A stretch of 64,000 bases of DNA from an uncultured Dorea sp. (GTDB lineage Bacteria > Bacillota > Clostridia > Lachnospirales > Lachnospiraceae): NCBI GenBank assembly GCA_910588745.1, contig CAJURK010000003.1, positions 11,660-75,659 on the forward strand, given 5' to 3'. Position 1 is the stretch's first letter. Every line of letters starts with the position of its first letter. The translations under genes were made by a program, and so were the position numbers. Below, piece by piece: positions 17,131-27,900 of this stretch. Below the pieces are notes generated by a model. The model was given only the letters and a program-made list of their open reading frames with translations, did not search any database and was not told the origin of the DNA.

Positions 17131-18662
17131 TTACAATCCTCCAGACATTCTTCCGTTAACCTTCTGCGGTCAATCTTTCCGTTTTTTGTAAGCGGAAATT
17201 CCTCAACCCTGCAAAATTTATTCGGAATCATAAATCCCGGCAGAACCTGTCCCATCCTGCGGACTGCCTGCTTCTTGTCAATACCGCCCTTGTAGAAAGC
17301 GACAATCTTATTGCTGTCTTCATCGTATATGCAGCATGCCCGAATAATCTCTTTCATCCCCTCCATGACAGCTTCAATCTCTCCAAGTTCAATCCGATGA
17401 CCCATGTGCTTGATCTGAAAATCCTTCCTGGACGCAAAATACAGCTCTCCGTCATGCCCGTAATACGCCATATCTCCCGTTCGGTAAATCGGCTCTATCC
17501 AGCTTGTATTCAAAGGATTCTGAACAAATACCCCGGCCGTCTGTTCCGGATTCCGATAATATCCCAAAGACAACGCGGTTCCGGATACGCACAATTCCCC
17601 TTTTACCTCCGGTTCACAAATCTCCCGATTCTCCTCATCCAGAAGAAATACCTTTTCATTCGGAAACGGCCTGCCTATGGGAATACTTTCTCCCGGTCCA
17701 AATTCCCGGTTCACAATGTAATACGTACAGTTGCAGGTGATTTCCGTAGGCCCGTATACATTTACATATAAGGCGTCCGGAATATGACGCCTCCATATAT
17801 TCAGATGCTTTACCGGCATTACCTCGCCGCTGAAGATCACCCTTTTTATCTGCTTCGGAATTTTATAATCAAATCCGTTCAGCGTTGATATCATACATAA
17901 CGCCGACACGGCCCATATCAGAGTCGTTATGTTCTTCTCTTCCAAATAATCCAAAAGCTTAGATGGAAATGAAAACAGTTTCTTGGGAATGATCCGAACC
18001 GTCGCGCCTGTTTTTAAAGCGGAATATATATCCTTAACCGACACGTCAAAATCAAAAGGCGCCTGATTTCCAATCACATCCTCGCTGCAAATCCCAAACA
18101 TCTCTGTAAAATCCCCAATAAAATCAATGACAGATCTATGGCTCACCAGAACCCCCTTTGGTATTCCGGTAGATCCGGATGTAAAAATGGCATAGAGCGG
18201 ATGGGTATCCAAATGCCGCTTTCTGATACCGTCCAGCAGACGCCCTTGCTTTTCCCGGTCAGAACTTCTGCTTCCCTGCAGCGCTTCTCCAATCTGAATT
18301 ACTTCTCCTTGAAACTCCAACAACTTCAGACGTTTCTCATATGCAGAATCTGTGATGATTACCTTTGCGTCAAGCAGCGTTAAAACCTGTTTCAAACGCT
18401 CCGGCGGAAGCTTCGGCTCCAGCAGCGTATAAAAACATCCCGCATACACTGCGCCCATAAACGCGTATACCGCATTTACGCTTTTTTCCATAAAGACCGG
18501 AATCGGACTCTCCGGAACCACCCTCTCCGCCAGAAAAGCCCCGATTCTTCTGCTCCCATCCCGCAATTCGGAATATGTGCAGAAAGCTGTCTCATCTGCA
18601 AAGGCTATTTTATCCGGAAATTTTCCGGCAGACTCCTCCAAATACTCCAAAATGTTCCTCAT
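17127..18662 (-). CDS. DltA-like adenylating enzyme (amino acid--carrier protein ligase, ANL superfamily)
   Basis: 511 aa. AIFTSGSTGIPKGVLVSH, YGPTE, YRTGDMAYYGHDGELYFASRKDFQIKHMGHRIELGEIE, and a terminal K in LTKNGKIDRR. Length and N-terminus closely resemble DltA. Confidence 0.85.
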   Translation of the reverse strand: MRNILEYLEESAGKFPDKIAFADETAFCTYSELRDGSRRIGAFLAERVVPESPIPVFMEKSVNAVYAFMGAVYAGCFYTLLEPKLPPERLKQVLTLLDAKVIITDSAYEKRLKLLEFQGEVIQIGEALQGSRSSDREKQGRLLDGIRKRHLDTHPLYAIFTSGSTGIPKGVLVSHRSVIDFIGDFTEMFGICSEDVIGNQAPFDFDVSVKDIYSALKTGATVRIIPKKLFSFPSKLLDYLEEKNITTLIWAVSALCMISTLNGFDYKIPKQIKRVIFSGEVMPVKHLNIWRRHIPDALYVNVYGPTEITCNCTYYIVNREFGPGESIPIGRPFPNEKVFLLDEENREICEPEVKGELCVSGTALSLGYYRNPEQTAGVFVQNPLNTSWIEPIYRTGDMAYYGHDGELYFASRKDFQIKHMGHRIELGEIEAVMEGMKEIIRACCIYDEDSNKIVAFYKGGIDKKQAVRRMGQVLPGFMIPNKFCRVEEFPLTKNGKIDRRRLTEECLEDCK

Positions 18663-18701
18663 TCTTACTCCCCCATATCCATTTGCGCTTGTAACATCTT
18701 G

Positions 18702-19301
18702 CTATTTAAACAGCCTTGCCAGCCATTTCATAAATAATACAACATATAAGAGAAAACACAACGTTACAATAAATGTTTCCGCATCGAACCGGTGTGTAAC
18801 TGCGCGAAGAGCCAGCGTCCCTTCCGCAGCCTTCCCTTCCACCGACAGCGGCGCGGCTTCGCTCGCTCCGGGAACAGCGTACACCTGCACTCCTGCGTCT
18901 TCCCCGCATTTTTCCACGGTAAGCCGAAACGAATAGGTCTTTCCTTTACAGCCTTCCACCGAATCAAATTTCAACGGAAAGAATTTTCCTGGCTTTAGAT
19001 CATTCAGCGTCCTTGTCCCTTCTGCAGCTTTCCCACCGTCCTCGTCCGTCAGCACAAAGGAGATCTCCGCATCCCCAATATCTCCGGACGCGGACATCTT
19101 AACGTTCACACTGTCCAGCACGTCTTCTTCCGCCAAAAACTCCTGCTCCAGTACGTCTCCTTCTCCCAGGCTCACCATCGCACATGCTTCTTTATCAACC
19201 TTCTCATCGTAAACTGCATGATTCTTATCAATTACAGAATACACTCCTGCCAGAGCAGCCATAATACAAAAAAAGACCGCTCCTTTTACCCTACTTTTCA
19301 T
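18702..19301 (-). CDS. Hypothetical protein with N- and C-terminal hydrophobic helices
   Basis: 199 aa. N-terminal GAVFFCIMAALAGVYSVI and C-terminal FIVTLCFLLYVVLFMKWL flank a roughly 150 aa acidic, beta-rich segment. No motif recognised. Confidence 0.4.
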   Translation of the reverse strand: MKSRVKGAVFFCIMAALAGVYSVIDKNHAVYDEKVDKEACAMVSLGEGDVLEQEFLAEEDVLDSVNVKMSASGDIGDAEISFVLTDEDGGKAAEGTRTLNDLKPGKFFPLKFDSVEGCKGKTYSFRLTVEKCGEDAGVQVYAVPGASEAAPLSVEGKAAEGTLALRAVTHRFDAETFIVTLCFLLYVVLFMKWLARLFK

Positions 19302-19321
19302 CCTGACACCATGCTCCCATC

Positions 19322-20059
19322 TTAGTAAGAGGTCTTATAGATTTCCGTTACTTCCCCGGCTTCTCCAAACATTTTCATGTTCCCTTTTTCCAGCCACACG
19401 ATCTTGTTGCAAAGCTGGGCTACCTGATCAATACTGTGAGACACAAATAAAAGCGTAGTTCCCGCATCCAGCATCTCCTGGATCCGTCTCTGGCACTTCT
19501 CCTGAAACCGGAAATCTCCTACCGACAGCACCTCGTCGCAAATCAGAATATCCGGTATTCCCACCGTTGCGATAGCAAACGCAAGCCTCGAAACCATACC
19601 GGACGAGAAATTCTTTACCGGAACGTCAATAAATTCCCGAAGCTCTGAAAATTCTACAATATCTTCATAACTTCGTTCCATTTCCTCATGGGAACGTCCC
19701 ATCAACGCTCCGTTCAGAAAAATATTTTCACCTGCCGTCAGATCAAAATCAAAACCCGCTCCAAGTTCAATCAGAGGCGCTACCTCCCCCCGCACGGCAA
19801 CCGAGCCTTTCGTAGGCTTTAACACCCCGGCAATAATTTTCAACATGGTACTTTTACCGCTGCCGTTTAGTCCGATCAGCCCCAGCGCATCCCCTTTCCT
19901 AACATGAAAAGAAACATCTTTCAGAGCCCAGAACTCATTCGTCGATATCTGACTCTTAATTGTCTTAATAAAATACTCTTTCAGGCTGTCTACCCGCTCC
20001 GACGCCAGCCTGAACTTCATCGACACCTGATCTACGCTGATAATATCTGTATTTTCCAT
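19322..20059 (-). CDS. Polysaccharide/teichoic-acid export ABC transporter, ATP-binding subunit (Wzt/TagH-like, short form)
   Basis: 245 aa. Walker A is GLNGSGKST, the signature is FSSGMVSRLAFA, and Walker B is ILICDEVLSVGD. Confidence 0.9.
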   Translation of the reverse strand: MENTDIISVDQVSMKFRLASERVDSLKEYFIKTIKSQISTNEFWALKDVSFHVRKGDALGLIGLNGSGKSTMLKIIAGVLKPTKGSVAVRGEVAPLIELGAGFDFDLTAGENIFLNGALMGRSHEEMERSYEDIVEFSELREFIDVPVKNFSSGMVSRLAFAIATVGIPDILICDEVLSVGDFRFQEKCQRRIQEMLDAGTTLLFVSHSIDQVAQLCNKIVWLEKGNMKMFGEAGEVTEIYKTSY

Positions 20060-20071
20060 CTCGTTCTGCTC

Positions 20072-20914
20072 CTATATATCCAGAATAAAGGTATCCTGTC
20101 TTTTATAAAACACATACAACCCCAGAGCCATAACCGCCGCAACCTCCACGAATGCCAGAAGCAGCGAACCAACGCCCGGAATCCGGTTATTCAGCATAAT
20201 ATCCCGGAACATCATCAGGATATTCGTAATTGGATTGATTAATACGATCGGCTCCAGCCACTCCGGCAATATGGACATAGGGTAAATGACCGGCGTCAGA
20301 TACATCAGCGCCGTTACAAATACCGAATACAGATGTTCAATATCCCGGAACTTTACTGTAACTGCCGATAGGATCAACCCAGTCCCCAATGAAAAAAACA
20401 CAATACAAAGCAGCGGTATCGGAGCGAGCAGTACTGTATAATGCAGTTCCACCCTCATCGCAAGCATCACAAAAATCAACGCTGTAAAAGACGCAAGCAG
20501 ATTAATCGAACTGGAAAATACCCGGGAAAGAACAAACATGTATTTCGGAACATAAATCTTCTTAATCAGCGGCCCGTTCATAATGATCGCCCCCATCGCG
20601 TTTGTAGTCGATTCCGAGAAAAAATTAAAAATCAACTGTCCGCTTAATAAGTAGACCGGAAAGTATTCAATGTCGAATTTAAACAGGTTTGAGAATACAA
20701 CCGATAATACAATCATCATAAACAGCGGATTCAGAATCGTCCAGAATACTCCAAGAATTGATTTTCTATATTTTGTTTTAATATCTCTTGTAATAAGCTC
20801 GTTCAGTAACGGTCTGAATTTCTTAAAATTTGCAATATACGCCGACACCGTTCTTCCTCCATCTGGAATTCTAATTTGGTACAGTATAACATCATTGACA
20901 AATTTTGACAACAA
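20072..20914 (-). CDS. ABC-2 type polysaccharide export permease (Wzm/TagG-like)
   Basis: 280 aa. LITRDIKTKYRKSILGVFWTILNPL is the ABC-2 N-terminal signature, followed by six hydrophobic segments. Confidence 0.85.
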   Translation of the reverse strand: MLSKFVNDVILYQIRIPDGGRTVSAYIANFKKFRPLLNELITRDIKTKYRKSILGVFWTILNPLFMMIVLSVVFSNLFKFDIEYFPVYLLSGQLIFNFFSESTTNAMGAIIMNGPLIKKIYVPKYMFVLSRVFSSSINLLASFTALIFVMLAMRVELHYTVLLAPIPLLCIVFFSLGTGLILSAVTVKFRDIEHLYSVFVTALMYLTPVIYPMSILPEWLEPIVLINPITNILMMFRDIMLNNRIPGVGSLLLAFVEVAAVMALGLYVFYKRQDTFILDI

Positions 20915-20938
20915 ACAGGTATGCCGTATTTTGACGAA

Positions 20939-23119
20939 TTAAACCTGATATAGGCCGATAATGTCCTCCCGTATCCGATTCCAGTTTCTTTCTTCTGCAG
21001 TTTTTCTTCCGTTCTCATATAGTTTATCCTGCAAGTCTTCATCCTTACAGATTCTTTCGATTTGTTCTACCGCCTTCCGGATATCCCCGGCAGGATACAG
21101 CAGACAGTTCCATTCATCCCGCAGATACTCGGAATTTCCTCCATTGGGCGCCGCCGTCACATAGCCGCCTGACGCCATCATTTCTAACGGCGGGTAGGAG
21201 AAGCTCTCCAACAAGCTGGTTTTTAACAAAATGTCGCATGCGTCATACACCTGCGGTACCTCCCCGTATGGAACCTTATGGAGAAATCTGTCCACGCGAT
21301 ACCACTCTTTCGGCTCTGCATGATACGACATATACCAGACCTCATACCTGCCAGAATCCAGGCCGTTTACAATCCGAAACGCCTCGTCCACATTCTTATA
21401 CTCCACTCCGCAGTCTCCTTCGATCAGGATCCTGACCTTATCCCCTAATTTTCTTTTACGGCATGTAAATCTCTCTGTTTCCAAACCATTCGGAGCATAC
21501 AGAGACTCTTGCCCATAGTATTCCTTAAGCCAGCTCTGGCACCACCTTGATATAGTTAGAAATTCTACCCGGCTATGGGGCATATAAGTCTGATTGGCTT
21601 CTATACGAAGCGGATCGCCTTCTCCGTAAAAATCCGTCTCATAATTCTGAACCAGATAACATTTTCTCGAAATATTAGCATAATTCTCAACAAAAGACAG
21701 TGTTGTCCACATCGTCGCAATCCCGCATCCGATATTTCCTCTCATATCTGTATGCTTGATACTCAGTACCGGAAATCTCCTGCCCTCATATTCCATCCAC
21801 CTGGTCTGGTTATCCAGCGTAAAAAGAACCACGTCCCTTCCTTCTTCCTGGAGCAGCGCGGCATGTTTCAACGCAACTTTCATGCCGCCGCTGATTTCCA
21901 GTCCCGGAAGAACAAAGCCATAGTTCGGAGGGATTTTTCCTGCAAGGAACCGTGCAAATTCCATCCCTGTCCTTACGGTTGTACAGCATTCGAGACAGTA
22001 CCTGTTTGCCTGTTCCGCCAGCCGTTTCCGATACGCGCCGTCCACGACCAAACGTTCCAGCCCATCCTTCCACTCGTCCAAATTCCTGCAAAGAATTCCC
22101 GTCTTCCCATGTTCCATGCATTCATGGAACGCGCCCACGTCGCTTGCAATTGTAACTACTTTTACCAGGGCGGCCTCCACCCATTTATTTTCGGATTTTG
22201 CACGGTTAAAAACCGTATCCTCCAGCGGCGCCAGATTAATATCAACCCCAGCGATCATCCCTGGAAGCATCTTCCAATCTGCAAAAGGCGTTTGAATAAC
22301 CCGAGAGCGATATGCTTCCAGTTCTTTGGGAAGCTCCACTTCTCCGGCAAGGTGCAGCTCCGTCTCCTTGTATTTTTCCAAGATTCCTGTCAATACCGGA
22401 AGTATCATCTCAATATCCGCGTTATGCGTAATGCTTCCGCTAAAATATCCCATTTTAACAACTGACCTGTCTCGGTCTTTTTCTGACTGCAGCGTTTCCT
22501 TCGATAGCCGCGCCATCTCTTCCGACGCCCTGTTCCGGTTGATATATACTTCCGGCACATAGTTCTTCAATTCTTCCGCCAAGGTATCCGTCGTCGTAAC
22601 CGCCAGGCCGCAAAGCTTCAGCAAGCGCTGCATATTCCGTACATTTTCATCGTACGCCTGCTTGTCTTCCGGCGCCATGCTCTGGACGTAGGGAATCTGA
22701 TCCGTATATTTTGTGTCGATCACCAGATCGTCAATATCATAAATAACTTTCTTATTCAGCTTTTTTGCCAGGACTGCAAATTTTCCGGTCAGTTCCGTAT
22801 ACGGGCATCGAAAAAAAACAAACGCCCGATAATACCGGAGCTGGTTCAAGGACAAATCCCGATAATAAACCTCCCCGGTTGTAATATTGCAGGACTCTAA
22901 CTGCTCCCTTTGATGCGCCACCCGGTATCTTCTAGGATGCGGCAGCTCGTCCATGCAGCCGCTGATAAATAAAATGTCCTTATACACCGGCTTCGCATTT
23001 ATTCGCGTCTGAATTTGCTTTTTCACAAATTTCCCCGTCCGGACTGCACAGCCGGATATCCCTTCTTCTGTTACGGACTTTACTACCTTCCCTATCAAAT
23101 TAAGCTTTTCGCCATTCAT
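20939..23119 (-). CDS. Two-module GT-B (GT4/GT1-like) glycosyltransferase
   Basis: 726 aa. The N-terminal module (KKVIYDIDDLVID...GYFSGSITHNADI...NLAPLEDTVFNRAKSENKWVEAALV) is paralogous to the C-terminal module of 24971..28387. The C-terminal module has LKTSLLESFSYPPLEMMASGG, a GT4-like E motif. Confidence 0.7.
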   Translation of the reverse strand: MNGEKLNLIGKVVKSVTEEGISGCAVRTGKFVKKQIQTRINAKPVYKDILFISGCMDELPHPRRYRVAHQREQLESCNITTGEVYYRDLSLNQLRYYRAFVFFRCPYTELTGKFAVLAKKLNKKVIYDIDDLVIDTKYTDQIPYVQSMAPEDKQAYDENVRNMQRLLKLCGLAVTTTDTLAEELKNYVPEVYINRNRASEEMARLSKETLQSEKDRDRSVVKMGYFSGSITHNADIEMILPVLTGILEKYKETELHLAGEVELPKELEAYRSRVIQTPFADWKMLPGMIAGVDINLAPLEDTVFNRAKSENKWVEAALVKVVTIASDVGAFHECMEHGKTGILCRNLDEWKDGLERLVVDGAYRKRLAEQANRYCLECCTTVRTGMEFARFLAGKIPPNYGFVLPGLEISGGMKVALKHAALLQEEGRDVVLFTLDNQTRWMEYEGRRFPVLSIKHTDMRGNIGCGIATMWTTLSFVENYANISRKCYLVQNYETDFYGEGDPLRIEANQTYMPHSRVEFLTISRWCQSWLKEYYGQESLYAPNGLETERFTCRKRKLGDKVRILIEGDCGVEYKNVDEAFRIVNGLDSGRYEVWYMSYHAEPKEWYRVDRFLHKVPYGEVPQVYDACDILLKTSLLESFSYPPLEMMASGGYVTAAPNGGNSEYLRDEWNCLLYPAGDIRKAVEQIERICKDEDLQDKLYENGRKTAEERNWNRIREDIIGLYQV

Positions 23120-23128
23120 AAGAATCTC

Positions 23129-24802
23129 CTACATCCACTTTAACTTCTTTAGAAGAGGATGATAGTATTCATCCCCTTTTTCCAGTTCCTGCTCCCATCG
23201 CTTTTTTAACTCTGCGCATTCTGTCCACAGATTTTCCGCTCCGGAATACGTTACGCTGCAAAAGCATGTCCATACGTTCTTCTTTCCATGCCGTATACTT
23301 CTGATACAGAAATCCGCATCCTTACATGCTCCCAATTCCTCATCAAAACCGTCCAGTTTCTCGAATACATTATTAGAAACCATCATACAAAGCATTGTGA
23401 GTACCGTTGTATTCCTGACATGCTTCATATTCGCTTCATATCCCTGTTCTTCCGCATCCAGGCCATGATTAATCACATGGATCCCGGATGGGCTTTCATA
23501 ATCCAGCACGGCTCCGGCAAAATAGGTCCGCCCGTTCCGGTCAGTCATATGCGGACCTACAACTCCTACATCCTTTCGCTGCGCATACATCAGCAGTTCT
23601 TCCACCCACGAGGTATTTACCGGCATACACGCTTCATTCAGATACAGCAGATAGTCTCCGCCTGGTTTGAGAGAAATCTGAACAAATGGTTCCTGAACGT
23701 AAAAATCCTTCTTAATCCCGCTGTTTTCGCATGGAAGCACAATTTCCAGCGGACGGTAAGACGTTTTTGCCAGCAGCCCGCGGATGTAATCCTCCAACTC
23801 ACGTCCCCTTAAATTTCCCCACAGGATAACAGATACCACCGGATGCTCCTCCAGTCGGTAGGCCAGTCTGTAAATCGTCTCATATGGATAATTGCATTCT
23901 ACAGTTCCTGGTTCCCGTTCTCTCTTTAATTGAGCTGCAATCGCACGTTTTGCCGCGTCAACCGCATACTGTTTGCCCGACAGATTCATAGAAACCGACC
24001 CCTCATGCACACGCCAATAATACAAAATTTGGGGAATATGGACGATATGCTCCGCCTGTTCTGTAAGCCGCAGCGTCATATCATAATCCTGACTGCCCTC
24101 GCACTCTTTCCGGTACAGCGCGTCCTCTCCCTCCAGAAGGGATCTTTGAAATACCACAAAATGACAGATATAGTTATGGGAACGAAGTTCATCTTTTCCA
24201 AATCCGTTTTTGCACACAATATCTGTGGAACATTCTATAGAATCCCGAAATTTCATCTCATCCGTATAGATAAAATCAGCGCCTTTGCCAATCGCCTCCA
24301 CAACTTTATACAACGCGGACGGATGCAGCAAATCGTCATGATCTAACAATCCGCAGTAGGATCCGGACGCCAATTCGATACACCGATTTGTATTTCCTAC
24401 AATCCCTTCATTTTTTTCCAGCTTTTTATAAATGATACGGGAATCCGATCTTGCATAACCGGTGCAAATCTCTTCTACTGCCGTATACTCTCTATCGCTT
24501 CCGTCCGCCAAACACAGTTCCCAATTCCCGTAGGTCTGGCTTTGTACTGACTCCAGCAGTTGCCTCAAGAATTCCTCCGGCGTATTATACAGAGGAGTAA
24601 TAATGCTGATCAGAGGAGAATATTCCGGTTCTGTATTCCTTTGTCTTTCCAATTCTTTTTCCGGCGTCAAATGATACGCCTGAATAATCCTCAGAACTCT
24701 CTCCTGTTCCTTCTTTCGGTTCAAATAATACTTTACCGAATCCTGAAATCCCTGTTTCCGAACTTTACTGCAGAAATTTCTGCACTTATGATATAATCTC
24801 AT
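23129..24802 (-). CDS. Two-module family 2 glycosyltransferase
   Basis: 557 aa. ISIITPLYNTPEEFLRQLLESVQSQTYGNWEL...GLLDHDD, plus a second GT-A-like half. Paralog of 1708..3537. Confidence 0.85.
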   Translation of the reverse strand: MRLYHKCRNFCSKVRKQGFQDSVKYYLNRKKEQERVLRIIQAYHLTPEKELERQRNTEPEYSPLISIITPLYNTPEEFLRQLLESVQSQTYGNWELCLADGSDREYTAVEEICTGYARSDSRIIYKKLEKNEGIVGNTNRCIELASGSYCGLLDHDDLLHPSALYKVVEAIGKGADFIYTDEMKFRDSIECSTDIVCKNGFGKDELRSHNYICHFVVFQRSLLEGEDALYRKECEGSQDYDMTLRLTEQAEHIVHIPQILYYWRVHEGSVSMNLSGKQYAVDAAKRAIAAQLKREREPGTVECNYPYETIYRLAYRLEEHPVVSVILWGNLRGRELEDYIRGLLAKTSYRPLEIVLPCENSGIKKDFYVQEPFVQISLKPGGDYLLYLNEACMPVNTSWVEELLMYAQRKDVGVVGPHMTDRNGRTYFAGAVLDYESPSGIHVINHGLDAEEQGYEANMKHVRNTTVLTMLCMMVSNNVFEKLDGFDEELGACKDADFCIRSIRHGKKNVWTCFCSVTYSGAENLWTECAELKKRWEQELEKGDEYYHPLLKKLKWM

Positions 24803-24970
24803 AGGTTTCTCACATTCTAGAACGATTTTCTTCCTGAAAACTTTCGCTGCATAACACAGATTTACTTTTCAACATTTTCACCGGTTCCAACACATATCTA
24901 TGTTACCATGTTCTCATTTTGTCACCAGTGTATCTACTTTACCAGTGTTTTCACTGTGCCTGCTACACAT

Positions 24971-27900
24971 CTACTTAATCAGCGCCTTCAATACATCCTG
25001 CTCCATCTGAAATGTGGTATAAGACTTACAAACTTTTTCATACGCCGCGTCTGCAATCTTCTTCCGCAATTTTTGATCGTCAATCAGTTTCTGCAGATTC
25101 GCTCTCCAGTCTGCATCTGTCTTGCAGAGATATCCGTTGATACCGTCTGAAATCACGCGCTCCATTTCTTCATTCCATGCTGCGACTGTCGGCGCGCCGA
25201 CCAGCGCCGCCTCCATCCATTTATTCTCCGATTTACAGCTATGGAACGTTGTATGCTCTAACGGCATCAGATTGATATCCGCCTTTGCAATCAGCCGGGG
25301 GAGATTCCTCCACACAACAAACTTAAACCGCTCGATCCTGGTCTTTACCTCATCAAATTCTTCCGGTAACTGGATTTGTCCGCCAATCAGAAGATAAACC
25401 TGCTCATTCTTTCTCATAATCTGCAAGATAACGTCCTTGATGCTTTCAAAGTCCTCATTATGAGTCTTGGTTCCGCTGAAATATCCCAGATATATTCTTT
25501 CCTTGTTCTGGACTTTCCGCTCTTCTTTTCCATGGCCTATTGAGCAAATAAACATAGCCATACTGGCCACATTCCGGTTCACATATACAGGCTTTCCGGG
25601 AAAACTCATCTTCGCTTCTTTCTTCAGCGTTTCTGTCGATACAAGATAGCCGTCGCAAAGGGACATTGCCTTCTTTATATCTCCCGAATACCTTTCAAAA
25701 TTCCGATAATCCTTCCCTTGAAGAAAAGAAAGATTCCTGATTTTATCATATTCAAATATAAAATCATCTATATCATAATAAACCGGTTTCCCTAATCTGC
25801 GGGCTCGTTTCACCAGCTTCTGAATCAATTTTACTCTGGCTCCCCGATATAGTACGACGCTGTCAAAATCCCTCAGTTCACATTTGGGCGCCTGGCTGAT
25901 CATGATGCGTTCGGACGCTATCCCCTGCAGCAAGAGCTGCTCTCTCAAATGCTCCACTCGGTATCTGGATGCAAACGTGTTCTCTTCTGCGATAAACAGA
26001 ACCTTCTTATCTTTTCTTTCCAGCCTCTGACAGTCTGAAATCATATCCCGGTTTTTTATTTCATTCAAGATCGCGCCGGCTGTCATCTCCGGTATGATAA
26101 TCCCTCTCCGATACTCGGAAACCCGTTCCGCCGGAGCGCCGATATCAAAGCACATAACCGGCATCCCCATCTTCATAACCTCTTCCGCCGTATAGGAGAA
26201 TGTCTCCGGCCATATCGAAGGAATTAGGAAAATATCCACATCCTCTTTTAAAGTCAGATAAGGAATACTATCCCTGGTATATTTGCCGGTTTCTGAAAAA
26301 ACAGGACTCTCAATCTTCTCTGCCGAAGTACCAATTAATTTGATTCTAATATTCAGCCCTTCTTTTTCAATCTCAGCAGCCAGCTCCTTAATAATCTCCG
26401 CGCCTTTATGCTTCGTCAGCACTCCTAAAAGACCTATCGTAAAAGCATTCGACATTTTATACTTCTTTTGGATGTTCGGCATATAGCCAATCTGGTGAGG
26501 AATCAGTTCCACACTCGGCAGCCTTCCATAGACCTGCTCTAAGATCTTCCGGGAATCCTTTGAAAACACGACCACAGAACTGCATGCCTCTAAGAATTCC
26601 TTCCATTTTGAACGCCAAACATCCATAGACGTATACTCTTCGTTCAAATCCGGATTGCATGTTTCAAAACACTCTCTGCAAATCCCATGCTCCGGAATCC
26701 TACAGTATTGTTTTTTTGCATCCAGCAGATTAATTGTGGGACAAACAGCAAAATAATCATGCAGCAGCATTTTTAACACGATAGAACTTCCTGCTGCAAA
26801 CTCCCGAATTCGATCCATAAACTCATAAATCCTTGGATATGTCACCAGTTCGTTCACCCAGAGTTCATCCGGCTTCAGGAATTCCAGCGCTTTTATAATA
26901 TCCATCTGTTCTTTTACAAAAAGTTTGGTTTTCTCCTTCCCATAATAGAACACAACCGGATAGTAATTCTGAATAAAATTATACCGGATTATAACAAACG
27001 CATGTCCCTGATCCACGGACAAATTTCTCTTTTGGGCTAGATAGGAAGACGCTCCTCCCCCTAAATCATGATCAATTGCTGCGAATATTTTTTCCGGTCT
27101 GCCCTTAACTGTCAGGAGAAATTTCACCAGTCTGCGGATATCCTTATTTTCATCAATCGCAAAAAATCTGGCGACCTGCTTCGGATAATCAGGATGCTTT
27201 CTTTCAAGTATTTCTGCATGCTCCCTCATATACCGTTTCTTCTCTTCGCTGTGAAAACTTCCTCCATGTTTATGATACACAAAGAGATTCTCCACATGAA
27301 CATTCCGGTATCCCTTTCCAATTGCACGCTGACACCAGTCGTTCTCTTCACCATACCCCATGCCGAAGCTTTCCGCGTCCAATTCTCCCACTTCATCGAT
27401 TGCCTTTCTGTTCATCGCCATACAAAAGCCAACCCCCGTAGGCATCTCCAGATATTTGGGAACAATTTTCTGAAACTCTTCGTCAATCTCATCCACTGAC
27501 AACCCAAAAGGCAGTTCATTATCTTGTCCGATTTCCGGAAAGCTTGTGATGATTCCGCAGTTGGTATAGGGTGTTGCGGAAGCCACGGAAAAATCCTCCA
27601 GAATTGGCAGCATCAACCGCTCCAGCCACAGAGCCGGAAGCTCCACATCTGAATTCACAAGCGCCACATGTCCCTTGGCAAACTTCAGCCCCTTATTTAC
27701 ATTTCTAACAAATCCCTGATTCTTCTCATTTTCAATCAGCCGCACATTCTCTCTGCTATCCGCATATTCGTGCAGCAGCGGAGAGATTCGTTCATCCGGA
27801 CTGCAGTCGTTGATCAGAATCAGATTATATTGCATTTTTGTCCGTTCTATCGTCTCAAACAAACGGTTAAGAAATTGATATCCATTGTAAATAGGAACAA

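Noticed and set aside
24924-24956. Direct repeat ACCAGTGT at 24924-24931 and 24941-24948, plus a small CAGTG-TTTT-CACTG hairpin, in the 168 nt gap upstream of 23129..24802
   Set aside because: The repeats are only 8 nt and lie in a single intergenic region. I could not pair them with a credible -35/-10, and a chance occurrence is plausible. They are noted only as a possible operator to test.
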